Positions 9,713 through 19,491 of a stretch of 64,000 bases of DNA are shown piece after piece (the first letter of the stretch is position 1; the number at the start of each line of letters is the position of its first letter). The DNA lies in contig CALNZV010000020.1 of assembly GCA_942491115.1 (NCBI GenBank), positions 1,149,107 through 1,213,106 of the forward strand, read 5' to 3'. The notes beneath the pieces are model-generated. The model searched no databases, was not told where the DNA came from, and saw nothing but the letters and a program-made list of their open reading frames with translations. The stretch comes from an uncultured Desulfobacteraceae bacterium. GTDB lineage: Bacteria; Desulfobacterota; Desulfobacteria; Desulfobacterales; UBA5852. A program made the position numbers and the translations under genes.

Positions 9713-10918
9713 ATGATGGCGACGTTGATCCAAACGGAAGATCTGGTCACGAATTTTTACACTTACGAGGGCGTGGTAAAGGCCCTCAACGGGATCAGTC
9801 TGATCGTGGATCGCGGCATCACATTCGGTTTGGTGGGCGAATCCGGCTGCGGCAAGAGTGTTGCGGTTCGATCCATCATGCGGATCATCCAGGAACCGGG
9901 GAGAATCGAAGGGGGCAAGGTCATCCTGTTTAGCGAGAGTGACACCAAGGACGAAGGGGTCGACCTGCTGCAGCAGACCGACGCCTACATGGAAAACCTT
10001 CGCGGCAACCAGATTTCAATGATCTTTCAGGAGCCCAATGCGGCCCTGAATCCCATCATGAGCATCGGGGATCAGGTGGCTGAAAGTTTTCTCTTTCATA
10101 AAACCACGGACATGTGCCGGGGGATTGCTGAGGAGCTGGCCTCGCCCGGCTGCAGGGTGTCCTATCCGTTGCGGAAACTCCAACTCGTTTTATACCGCCT
10201 GGGAGCCAAAGATCCGGATGCCCTGATCCTTAAGATCTTTGACTGTATTCCGCTTTTGCGCCGTTGGCGTCTGCGGTTGAAGCGGGAGGCCATGTCCCGT
10301 GCGGTCGAGATCATCGGCAAACTGGGAATTCCCAACCCCGAGGAAATGGTCAAACACTACCCTCACCATCTTTCCGGAGGGATGAAACAACGCATCGTGA
10401 TCGCCATTGCCTTGGCATGCAGTCCGTTGCTTCTGATTGCTGACGAAGCGACATCCAACCTTGACGTCACCATCCAGGCCCAGATTCTGGAGTTGATCCG
10501 CAGGCTCAGAAATACGGAAATCGCTTCGATTTTACTGATCACCCACGACCTGGGTGTCGTGGCCGAAACCTGTGACCGGGTGGGAGTCATGTACGCCGGC
10601 AATCTATGCGAGGTCGCGAATGTGAAAGATCTTTTTCGGTCTGCCCGTCATCCATACACGCGGGCACTTCTGGATGCCGTTCCCCGATTCGCCCAAGAGG
10701 GACCTTTGCGGAGCATCGAAGGAACCGTTCCCAACCTGGTCCAGCCGCCTTCCGGCTGCCGATTTCACCCCCGTTGTCCCCATGTGAAGGATGTGTGCCG
10801 GCGTCGATTCCCAAAACAGATCGAGGTGACCAAAGGGCACTATGTATCCTGCTATCTTTACACGGACGAACCGAGAAGACCGATCCCTATGATCCACAGA
10901 GGGACCGATCCCCGTTGA
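9713..10918 (+). CDS. peptide ABC transporter ATP-binding protein (DppD/OppD-like) with an internal insertion
   Basis: Walker A GESGCGKS, signature LSGGMKQR, Walker B LLIADEATSNLD. C-terminal Cys motif CRFHPRCPHVKDVC. Start moved to the ATG at 9713, just after the permease stop at 9704. Confidence 0.9.
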   Translation: MMATLIQTEDLVTNFYTYEGVVKALNGISLIVDRGITFGLVGESGCGKSVAVRSIMRIIQEPGRIEGGKVILFSESDTKDEGVDLLQQTDAYMENLRGNQISMIFQEPNAALNPIMSIGDQVAESFLFHKTTDMCRGIAEELASPGCRVSYPLRKLQLVLYRLGAKDPDALILKIFDCIPLLRRWRLRLKREAMSRAVEIIGKLGIPNPEEMVKHYPHHLSGGMKQRIVIAIALACSPLLLIADEATSNLDVTIQAQILELIRRLRNTEIASILLITHDLGVVAETCDRVGVMYAGNLCEVANVKDLFRSARHPYTRALLDAVPRFAQEGPLRSIEGTVPNLVQPPSGCRFHPRCPHVKDVCRRRFPKQIEVTKGHYVSCYLYTDEPRRPIPMIHRGTDPR

Positions 10919-10937
10919 TCGACGGAACGGGATACCC

Positions 10938-11966
10938 ATGGAACGACTGTTCGCACTCAAGAATCTGAAAAAGCACTACCCCGTCCTGGGGGGGGTCTTT
11001 CGCCATCAGGTGGCATCGGTGAAGGCCCTCGACGGCATCGATCTCGACATCTATCGCGGCGAATGCCTGGGGCTGGTCGGGGAATCCGGTTGCGGGAAAA
11101 CCACTACCGGAAAGGCCATTATCCGTCTTCAGGATCCTACGGCCGGGCATATCTACTACCACCAGGGTAACGGTGAGGGCGGCGCTCCCATCGACTTGGC
11201 CGTCATGAGCCGGCGGGAGCTCAACCAAACGGGTATCCGCCGCAAGCTCCAGATGGTGTTTCAGGATCCCACCACATCCCTCAATCCACGGATGCTGATC
11301 AAGAACATCATCGCAGAACCCATAAAGGAACTGGCGCATCTGAGAAGCCGGGAACTGGAAGCACGGATTCTGGATCTCCTAAATCTGGTGGGCTTGACCC
11401 GGGATCATTATCTTCGTTATCCCCATGAGTTCTCGGGCGGGCAGCGCCAGCGGATCGCCGTTGCTCGATCGATTGCCACCCACCCGGAATTCCTGGTGCT
11501 GGATGAACCCACCTCGGCCTTAGACGTTTCGGTTCAGGCCCAGATCTTAAATCTCCTCCAAGCACTGCGACGCAAGCTCAATCTCACCTACCTCTTTGTC
11601 ACCCACCATCTTCTGGTCGTGAAATACATCAGCGACCGGCTGGCGGTCATGTATCTCGGTAAAATTGTCGAAATTGCCGACACGGAAACGCTTTTTTCAC
11701 ACCCTCGACATCCGTACACATACGCCCTGCTTTCTGGAATTCCGGCGCCGGACGTGGAGCACAAGTCCCGCCGGATCGTCTTGGGAGGTGATGTGCCGAG
11801 CCCCATGCATCCCCCACCAGGATGTCGGTTCCACACCCGGTGCCCCTTCGTCATCGACCGCTGTCGAGAAGAAGAACCCGAACTCGAATCGGTCGGCGCC
11901 GGCCATCAAGCCGCTTGTCATCGGAAAGCCGATGTGGATGGCCTGGTGCGGGACCGTTATGGTTAA
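10938..11966 (+). CDS. peptide ABC transporter ATP-binding protein (DppF/OppF-like)
   Basis: Walker A GESGCGKTT, signature FSGGQRQR, Walker B LVLDEPTSALD. C-terminal CRFHTRCPFVIDRC. Confidence 0.9.
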   Translation: MERLFALKNLKKHYPVLGGVFRHQVASVKALDGIDLDIYRGECLGLVGESGCGKTTTGKAIIRLQDPTAGHIYYHQGNGEGGAPIDLAVMSRRELNQTGIRRKLQMVFQDPTTSLNPRMLIKNIIAEPIKELAHLRSRELEARILDLLNLVGLTRDHYLRYPHEFSGGQRQRIAVARSIATHPEFLVLDEPTSALDVSVQAQILNLLQALRRKLNLTYLFVTHHLLVVKYISDRLAVMYLGKIVEIADTETLFSHPRHPYTYALLSGIPAPDVEHKSRRIVLGGDVPSPMHPPPGCRFHTRCPFVIDRCREEEPELESVGAGHQAACHRKADVDGLVRDRYG

Positions 11967-12055
11967 GCGATTCGCAGCTGCGACGATACCGGACCCAAAC
12001 CCCCTTCGCGGGAATGAACGATGGCGGCGCATCGTCGTTACCACCGGCTCTGCCG

Positions 12056-14866
12056 CTAAAAGGAATAACCGAACGAGAAATGCCACTCCCCGGAATCCTC
12101 CCCGGAATCCGGATCCAGTTTGTGGCCGTATAGAAGACCGACCGCGCCGACTGGCGTCCAATATCGAAGGCCGAATCCCACGGAGGACCGAAAGCCGTTT
12201 TTTCCTTCGCCGGTCGTGGCATTTTTGATGCTGCCGACGTCGTAGAACAGGGCCCACTCGATATCTTTCCAGACTTCGATCCGGGCCTCGATACTGCCCA
12301 TGATTTCGGTGCGTCCCCCCACGGATTTGCCCCGGTCGTCGATCCGAAGCTCGTTTTTGTTGAATCCCCGCACATTCCCAAGGCCACCGAGGTAGAAGAG
12401 CTGGTCATCGGGGATGGTGGTGCCCTGTTTCAACGGATCAATATGACCCACCCGTCCCCGCATGGCAACCGTAAGGCGTTCCAGAGGCGTGGTAAACCAT
12501 CGGGCGTCCAGCCGGTATTTGAGAAAATCGTCAAGGGAGTTCTGCAGGGCCGTCGACATCTCGATCGAGGTTAGGACGAGGGCCCCCTCCCGGGGACGGG
12601 TAACGGAATCGGTGGTGTTGTAGGTCACGGCAGGAGTAGTGACCAAAAGGGTCCGCTGGTCGAAAAGATCGTCTTTATCCACGTCGTTGGGAGAGTTGTC
12701 CGTCAGGAACTGCTCCCTGCGCTCGAGGCGAAACCCCAAGGACGGGCTCCAGCGTCGCCCAAAAGAGCGGCGAAAGATCAGGGAGCCGGCACGGGAACGG
12801 ACGCCGAAATCCTGGTTGAAGTCCTCCCGTTTCTCCACGAACAGGCCCGCAGTGGCCGATATGCGTGTCCCGAGGAAACGAGGCTCGGTAATGCCGATCT
12901 CACCCAGATAGCCGATCTCACTGACCTCTCCCCCTACCCAGGCGTCCTTGTTGAGCCCGAATAGGTTCCGGTCGCCGATTTTCCCGTTGGCAAACCATTC
13001 TCTGTCGGTGTCGTAGCCGACGCCCAACTCCAGAATATAGGGTTTTTTTTCTTCGACCTCGGCGATCAGGTTCACTTCCTCTGATTCTTCCTTGAGTCCC
13101 GGGGTCGAAAACCGCACCCGGTCGATGGCGTTGATGTTGCGAATGTTTCTCCGGGAGGCGAGCATCTTGGCGTGGGAAAAAGGATCGCCTTCCCGGAGGG
13201 TCATCTCGTTTTCGAAGATGATAGGGGCCGTTTTAAAATGTCCCACGCTGAACAACCGACCCATGCGGACGAACGGGCCCTTGTCGACAGTGTAGACTAC
13301 CGTCGCCCGGGGTGGGTTCGAACGGATGACCGCCTTTCCGGTCACGGTGACATGGGGGTAGCCGCGCTCGGAAACGAATCGGGAAAGGATCTTTTCATCA
13401 TCGTTGATCGTGTCAGCAGAATAAGGGCCTTCTGGTTTCATGGCCAGTAGATCCGAGGCTTCGACCGACGCGGCATCCGACAGACCATCGATTCGGACGG
13501 CCTCGACCCGGGTTCGGGGCCCTTCGTCGATGGAAAAGATAATGTCCACCCGGCGCTTTTCGGGCAAGTCCGTCTCGGCTGGGGCGGCCTCGTCGGTCAC
13601 CCGAATCCTGGTGAATCCTTCCTGCCGGTAAGCCGCCTCAAGGGCTGTTCTGTCCTCGGACAAAACCTCCGCAACAAAGGCGCCGTCCGCGATGATCCCC
13701 GGAGGACGGGTCTTCAGCGCATTTTGGAGTGTGTTTTCCCCGAGGCTGCGGTTTCCTTCAATGGTGACGGCTCCGACAATGTATTTGGGACCCTCGTCGA
13801 TAACCCACCGGATGTGGCGCACCGGCAGTTCGTTTTCCATTTTCATCTCTGAGTCCATTTCCACCCGAACCGCCTTGTATCCGGCCGCAAGGTAGCGCTT
13901 TCTTATATTTCGGAGACTCTTTCGGAGGCCGAGATCGTCCCTGTTGCCGTCAGAGAAAATCGTCAGGTCCTGTCTGAGGGTGACATCCCAAAACGCCTCG
14001 TTTCCCTCGAAGGAGACCCGGTACCGGGGTCCTTCGACGACGTTAAAACGGATGTCAATCTGGCGGCTCCCCTCGGTTTTGACGATGTCGTGGGAAACGA
14101 CGGCCTCCGGGAACCCCTTGCGCCGGTAGAAGTCGGTCAGACGGTCGAGATCCTTTGTCAACCGAGACTGAATGAACCGGCGGAAGCTGCCGGGCAAAAG
14201 GGATGCCCGCCAGGTCGGAAGCTGGGTCAACAGACGACTGTCGGAAAACGACCGATTGCCGTCGATTCTCAGGCGGTGAATCCGGTAAAAGGCGCCTTTT
14301 TGGATCGATACGTCCACAATCGCGTGGCCGTCTGTCTCCTCACGGGCAAAAGCCACGATGGCTTTGGGGTCCATGTATCCGTTGTCTCGGTAGAGGGTTT
14401 CCAGGGCGGCTTGAGCTGTCGGCAGCCGGGGCTCGATCAGCGGTCCGCCGACCGCCATCTGCATGGCGGTCAGGACTTCCCGTTCAAAGAGGGGGAACGC
14501 CCCGTGGATACGGATATTCTTGATGCGGGGAAAGGGGGTCAATCGAAAGACCAACACGACGGGCCGGGCGCTCCAGTCCGGATCCGGGACGTCGATGGAT
14601 TGAAACAATTGAGTGTTCTTCAGGGTGGTGATAACGGTGTTCAGTCGAGAGGGATCCAAGGGCACGCCGGTGGGAACGTCGATGATCCTGTGGGCGATAT
14701 CCTTCCACTCCCCGGTGTCTTCAGGCGTCCCGCCGATGTGGACATCGATCCGGTCGATAACGGGCTCCTGGCACCGCCCGGTCCCTGAAAGAGCCAGAAT
14801 GGTGACGAGACACCCAAGGGCCCCTATCCATAGGGAGGGCCGTGTTCTGTTTGGGGTTTTTTCCAT
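12056..14866 (-). CDS. Omp85-family outer-membrane protein (BamA/TamA-like) with multiple POTRA repeats
   Basis: 936 aa with a signal peptide. About 7 recurrences of a POTRA-like block (IDGNRSFSDSRLLTQL, FEGNEAFWDVTLRQDL, IEGNRSLGENTLQNAL and others). C-terminal beta-barrel region ending in the aromatic signature WHFSFGYSF. Confidence 0.8.
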   Translation of the reverse strand: MEKTPNRTRPSLWIGALGCLVTILALSGTGRCQEPVIDRIDVHIGGTPEDTGEWKDIAHRIIDVPTGVPLDPSRLNTVITTLKNTQLFQSIDVPDPDWSARPVVLVFRLTPFPRIKNIRIHGAFPLFEREVLTAMQMAVGGPLIEPRLPTAQAALETLYRDNGYMDPKAIVAFAREETDGHAIVDVSIQKGAFYRIHRLRIDGNRSFSDSRLLTQLPTWRASLLPGSFRRFIQSRLTKDLDRLTDFYRRKGFPEAVVSHDIVKTEGSRQIDIRFNVVEGPRYRVSFEGNEAFWDVTLRQDLTIFSDGNRDDLGLRKSLRNIRKRYLAAGYKAVRVEMDSEMKMENELPVRHIRWVIDEGPKYIVGAVTIEGNRSLGENTLQNALKTRPPGIIADGAFVAEVLSEDRTALEAAYRQEGFTRIRVTDEAAPAETDLPEKRRVDIIFSIDEGPRTRVEAVRIDGLSDAASVEASDLLAMKPEGPYSADTINDDEKILSRFVSERGYPHVTVTGKAVIRSNPPRATVVYTVDKGPFVRMGRLFSVGHFKTAPIIFENEMTLREGDPFSHAKMLASRRNIRNINAIDRVRFSTPGLKEESEEVNLIAEVEEKKPYILELGVGYDTDREWFANGKIGDRNLFGLNKDAWVGGEVSEIGYLGEIGITEPRFLGTRISATAGLFVEKREDFNQDFGVRSRAGSLIFRRSFGRRWSPSLGFRLERREQFLTDNSPNDVDKDDLFDQRTLLVTTPAVTYNTTDSVTRPREGALVLTSIEMSTALQNSLDDFLKYRLDARWFTTPLERLTVAMRGRVGHIDPLKQGTTIPDDQLFYLGGLGNVRGFNKNELRIDDRGKSVGGRTEIMGSIEARIEVWKDIEWALFYDVGSIKNATTGEGKNGFRSSVGFGLRYWTPVGAVGLLYGHKLDPDSGEDSGEWHFSFGYSF

Positions 14867-14881
14867 GGGCGCAAAGGCCGA

Positions 14882-17800
14882 TCAACGAAACTCAAGACGA
14901 AATTTCAGCTCGCCGCCGTAGTCCCCGGCGGTATCCTGAAATGCACTGACTATCAACCGCTCGAGCAGCTTGTAATCGGAGGTCACCCGCTGAATGCGTT
15001 CACCGCTTCTGGCTTCGGTGCCGTATTCGATGGACAGCCGCCGTGAAAGCTCTTTTCCAACCGTCACCTTTATTTCCTCCTCTTCCTTGCCGTTTTCGGT
15101 GTTGGTTTCGTAATTGATCTCGAGTCTGTCGATGCCGGTGGCGTCTTTAATGCCGGGCGTCAGTGTGTTGGCGATGAACTCCGAGGCGGTGGCCCCCGCC
15201 GACAGGCGTTCGTCGGTGGTTTTCCCGAATGCGAGGAGGGAGAGAATCTCCTCGTTGGGTTCCGGTGGATTCGACACCAGTTCAATGTCCAGGTCATCCG
15301 GAGTTCCTGAAATAAGCAGGGAAATGGTCCATCTTCGTATGTCGGTTTCCGCGGCCAGGTCGATACGGGGTTCGATGCGATAGGGGTTGATGAAATCCAC
15401 GATCCCTCTCGTGACGATGAATTCCCGATTGCCGTATCGAATGGATCCCGATCGGATGTCGGTTCGCCCGCTCAAGACAGGGTTTCGGACGCTTCCGGTA
15501 ACCTTGAGGTCCGGCTCGATGGCGAGAAGGGCGAGATTGTTGTCTACCGATAGGGGTTTGCGGCTTCTGAGCGAGACATTGAGGCCGGTTGAAGCGATGT
15601 CGGGTGGGAGATGAATCGGCGTGGACCCGGTCTTGGGCCGTCTGATCTGACCGATTGCTTCGGTCAGCTTGAGTTTGAAATCCTTGTAGTACACCCCTTC
15701 CGCAATGGCGATCCATCCGGAAAGCCTCATGGTCTCCCGTTTGCCTGTGAGGGTCAATGCACTGTCCACCTCGAGGGATAGGGTGTCCGGCACCGCCACC
15801 GGCAGCCCAGTGGTCTGGAGGGAGAGGTTCACGTCCATGGGTCGGAAGTTTTTGAGATCCACCGATCCTTTCAACGCGAACGTTCCGTCATCTAAAAACC
15901 CATCGATCCGATCAACGGTCGCCTGGGTGGGGGTGGCCCGGATGGTCCCCCTTACCCCGTGGAACTTCTGCCCCAGGGTCGGGACCGTGAAAGCCACTTG
16001 GTCCAGTTGAAAGATCGCTGTGATGCTGGGCCGGGTCATGGAGCCCGTCACCTCCACCGAGGCCTTCAGGCGGCCAGAACTGTCCGGAAGCGTGTCTGTC
16101 AGTCTGGAGATCACGCCCATGGGGATGTCTCCGTTGGCTAAAAATCGGATCTCCCCGTCGACGCCTCCGTGCCCCTCCACCGCCATTCGACCGTCCTCCG
16201 CCACGATGAGGGTCGCCGGGGGAATGTCCAGAACCCCGTCGCGCATCCGGGCCCGAACCTCCTCGCTGGAAACCAGGAGCCGATCGTCCATATATACCCT
16301 GGTCGATGCCAGAGCCACGTCGGCTCGCACCTGGGGGAGATCTTTCAGATGGCCGTCGGCCGTCAAGGAGCCGGTCATCTGCCCAGAGAGCTCGGGTCTG
16401 CCGGCCAGGGAGAAATAGGGCCCTAAAGCCGTTTCGTCGAATCGGGCGGAGACCGAAAACACCCCCTCTCTCCAGGCCAGCTCACCTTCCAGATCAAAGC
16501 CGAGAGTACTGTCGATGGCAATACGGCTGGGATCCATGCGGAAAGAGAGGCGGACGGAGTCCAAGGGCTGGCCGTCGAAGTGAAGGTCGGTAATCGAGGC
16601 GTCTCCTGTAAAATGGGGCTGCTCGAAGGAGCCGCTGCCATGGATGTCTGCGGACAGAATCCCCCTCAGGGACTTCAGGTCGTCGATGCCTTCAATACGC
16701 TGAAGGGAAAGGTTCCTGATGTCGGCGGTTATGTCGTACCCGCCACGGCGATCCACCCATCCTCGGGCCCGGATGGTTTTTTCCTGCTCAATGTCGGCCT
16801 CAAGGGAATCGATAAGGATGCGATCGTCCTTCAGCCGGGCCTCGAGGGTCGCGATGTCGACGGTCTGACCCCAAACGGACAGATTCGTGCCTTTGAGACC
16901 GGCAGTCCCCGAAGGCCCGGACAGGGTGCCTCCGATATCGGCCCAGATATTGACGGCTCCGGAGGCGGTGTCGGAGAAGTCCTCCAGATAGAGGCGGCCG
17001 CGTTCGATGTGAAGGTCGATGGCCGGGTCGGCTGCCATTTCAAATGCCCCGGCCTCGATGAGGGACGCCCAGCCGGCCAGAGTCAATGCCGATCGACCGT
17101 TGGTGAGTTTCAATCCTTCGGTCGATAGAGTCCCGGCCGAAAATGCCACCTCTCCCTCGATATCACCAATGGCGACCCCCTCCGTCTCAAGCCCTGAGGC
17201 GGTGAGGTCGGCCGCCGCCTCCGGCCTTGAAAACAGGCCGTTCACCATTAGAGATCCCCTGCCCCTGCCCCGAATCGATCCATCGGTCACGAAATGGCCG
17301 ATATCAACCGGGTCGAAGGTCAGGGTTGCCGCCACAGGGGCCGATGGGTCGAATCCGGCCTCTCGGCTCAGGGATCCCAGGATGCCGCTGCCAGTGATGT
17401 GGCTGTCATGATTTTCTATGGTCAAGCCGTCCAGCCGAATGCGGCCGTCACTGTCGATGGTGGCCCCTGCCGCGAGAGATCCCAGGCGATAGGGCCCGTA
17501 GGCAATGTCGTTTCCCTGGAGGTTCAAAGCGATCTTTGGGGCTGACACAGAGCCGGTCAGTCGCGCCTGTGCCCCAGCGTCCCCCTGTATCCGGGTGCGG
17601 CCGAGGACCTCCGGCAGTCGGGATAGATCAGGCGACGCGATGTCCAGCACGGCTGACACCGTTTGGCCTCTTCGGTCGAGATGGCCGCCCCCTTCGAGGG
17701 TCAGGGATCCCGCCGATGCCTTTAGCCCCTCTACCTGGAATCGATCCGGACTTACCGATGCGGTGGTCTTCACTTCGATGGTGTCGGCAATGGGTCGTCC

Positions 17801-19078
17801 GTCTATCGTAAAGGCATTAAGCTCCGCCCATAGGCCAAGGGTTGCATTGAGGTGATCGGAGGCGACGCCGCTGCCCGCCAACTCGGCAGTGGCTGTCATG
17901 GTTCCCGATGTCCGGGTGGACCCTGGCAGCAGTGAGGCCAGGGCCATGCCCCGCTGCTCCAGTGACAAGGAATAGGTGAGGGCCTGAGGGGTTACCGGCG
18001 ACCTGAGGAGGCCCTCCGGGAAGACCCCGTTCAGGTCAATCTCTCCGGAAACCCTTGCCCTCCCCTCCCCTGCCGCCAGAACCACTTCCTGAAGGGCAAC
18101 ACGCTGGTGATCCACGGTGGCCAAAAGGGTTCCGCTGTCCAGTCGATACGGTCCAAGCTGTCCCCCGTCATAACGGATTCGTGCCGACAGCCGAGGCCTT
18201 TGTAGGGAGTCCTTCAGATGAATGGCGCCCATGACCTGACCCGTCATCGCCAGATCCATTCGGAACATGTCTCGAAGGTCGTTCAGATCGATGCCGGCTG
18301 TCAGGGTCAGATCTCCGGTCGGATCACTGAAAAGGCTACCGATGACCCCCTTCAGTTCCATGTGGGACCCGGGAAAGGCCAGCTTGCTGTCGATGGCCTC
18401 CAGGCGGTCTTCCGAAAAGAAAAAACCGACCTCTCCGCTGATCAGCCGGACCGACATGTTGGAAGCATCCATTCGAGCACCGCCGATGCGCAGATGCGCG
18501 TTGCCGGCGGTATCATGAAAACGGATCTTGCCCGTGAGCTCGGTTTCATCCACATCGATCCGCCAGGATCCGGACGATCCGCGATAATCGAATCGTCCGG
18601 ACTCCACACGGGCACGGCCGATGCGGAGGCGCAGCGGCCAGGGGAGGAGACTCCCGGAAAGGCCATCGTCGGAAGGCGGTTTAGGGTCCGCGAAGACGGA
18701 CATCAGGTTCAACCGTCCGGACGGATCGCTTTCAAGGGAGAAAACCGGGGAGATCACCCGAAAAAGGGGGACGTAGAGCTCTCCCTTCGCAAGGGGCAGC
18801 ACATCGAGGGCGAGGACGGCGCGATCGATAGTGGCGACATGCTTGGGAGCGGCAGTGGTCAGGCGAACCCCGGTCAGGTCGATCTGACCCTGCATCATAT
18901 CGAGTTTCAGGTCCACCCAGTCCACGGTGCCCGGGATGGCTCCGTTGATCTCGGCTTTCAGCCATCGTTGACCGACCTCTGTGTTCAGGTAACGGTCTGC
19001 GGCCAGCAGTGATGCAACTGCCGCTAGTATGCAGACACCCATACCGAAACCGATCCATTTCATCACAGTCATCATCAC
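14882..19078 (-). CDS. TamB-like translocation and assembly module protein (AsmA/DUF490 family)
   Basis: 1398 aa. N-terminal membrane anchor WIGFGMGVCILAAVASLLAA. Long Gly/Asp/Leu/Thr-rich beta-type repeats. C-terminal block VGKELSRRLSIEYGTE...GGELKFRLEFR resembles the DUF490 end of TamB. Lies 15 nt upstream of the Omp85 gene. Confidence 0.75.
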   Translation of the reverse strand: MMMTVMKWIGFGMGVCILAAVASLLAADRYLNTEVGQRWLKAEINGAIPGTVDWVDLKLDMMQGQIDLTGVRLTTAAPKHVATIDRAVLALDVLPLAKGELYVPLFRVISPVFSLESDPSGRLNLMSVFADPKPPSDDGLSGSLLPWPLRLRIGRARVESGRFDYRGSSGSWRIDVDETELTGKIRFHDTAGNAHLRIGGARMDASNMSVRLISGEVGFFFSEDRLEAIDSKLAFPGSHMELKGVIGSLFSDPTGDLTLTAGIDLNDLRDMFRMDLAMTGQVMGAIHLKDSLQRPRLSARIRYDGGQLGPYRLDSGTLLATVDHQRVALQEVVLAAGEGRARVSGEIDLNGVFPEGLLRSPVTPQALTYSLSLEQRGMALASLLPGSTRTSGTMTATAELAGSGVASDHLNATLGLWAELNAFTIDGRPIADTIEVKTTASVSPDRFQVEGLKASAGSLTLEGGGHLDRRGQTVSAVLDIASPDLSRLPEVLGRTRIQGDAGAQARLTGSVSAPKIALNLQGNDIAYGPYRLGSLAAGATIDSDGRIRLDGLTIENHDSHITGSGILGSLSREAGFDPSAPVAATLTFDPVDIGHFVTDGSIRGRGRGSLMVNGLFSRPEAAADLTASGLETEGVAIGDIEGEVAFSAGTLSTEGLKLTNGRSALTLAGWASLIEAGAFEMAADPAIDLHIERGRLYLEDFSDTASGAVNIWADIGGTLSGPSGTAGLKGTNLSVWGQTVDIATLEARLKDDRILIDSLEADIEQEKTIRARGWVDRRGGYDITADIRNLSLQRIEGIDDLKSLRGILSADIHGSGSFEQPHFTGDASITDLHFDGQPLDSVRLSFRMDPSRIAIDSTLGFDLEGELAWREGVFSVSARFDETALGPYFSLAGRPELSGQMTGSLTADGHLKDLPQVRADVALASTRVYMDDRLLVSSEEVRARMRDGVLDIPPATLIVAEDGRMAVEGHGGVDGEIRFLANGDIPMGVISRLTDTLPDSSGRLKASVEVTGSMTRPSITAIFQLDQVAFTVPTLGQKFHGVRGTIRATPTQATVDRIDGFLDDGTFALKGSVDLKNFRPMDVNLSLQTTGLPVAVPDTLSLEVDSALTLTGKRETMRLSGWIAIAEGVYYKDFKLKLTEAIGQIRRPKTGSTPIHLPPDIASTGLNVSLRSRKPLSVDNNLALLAIEPDLKVTGSVRNPVLSGRTDIRSGSIRYGNREFIVTRGIVDFINPYRIEPRIDLAAETDIRRWTISLLISGTPDDLDIELVSNPPEPNEEILSLLAFGKTTDERLSAGATASEFIANTLTPGIKDATGIDRLEINYETNTENGKEEEEIKVTVGKELSRRLSIEYGTEARSGERIQRVTSDYKLLERLIVSAFQDTAGDYGGELKFRLEFR

Positions 19079-19491
19079 GAGTCATCATCGGTTGCTGAGG
19101 CGACAGTCCGTCCCATTAGTCACCCGATACTGGCAGCGTCAAAGGACGGGTTCCCGAAGGGGCTGGATCCATTCCGGCGACGCCCCATAGATTCACGGCC
19201 CGATGGTAGCATCAAGCCTTCCGTCCTTCAATTGGGATTCGTGATCCCGGTTCGGCCATTGCCCGAGGCGCTCCATTGGAGCCGTCCGACTCACCACTCC
19301 GGATGTACAGAAGGCGTCGATAGCGTCAGTTGGTTGACGCTCATCATATTAGAGCAGAAAAGGATTCCCGGATTCGATCATAAAACCGATGTGTTAACGT
19401 CCTTGAGCGTAGAATTTAATTGTGGCTTGATAATTGCTTGTGGTTTCACGAGGTTGTTTTTACCATGTTCGATTGCTTTCGGGGGAGTAAG

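Noticed and set aside
19420-19443. Direct repeat TTGTGG ... TTGTGG (18 bp apart) in the AT-rich region upstream of the binding-protein/kinase operon
   Set aside because: Only a 6-mer repeated once. The spacing does not fit helical phasing. Likely chance in an AT-rich promoter region.
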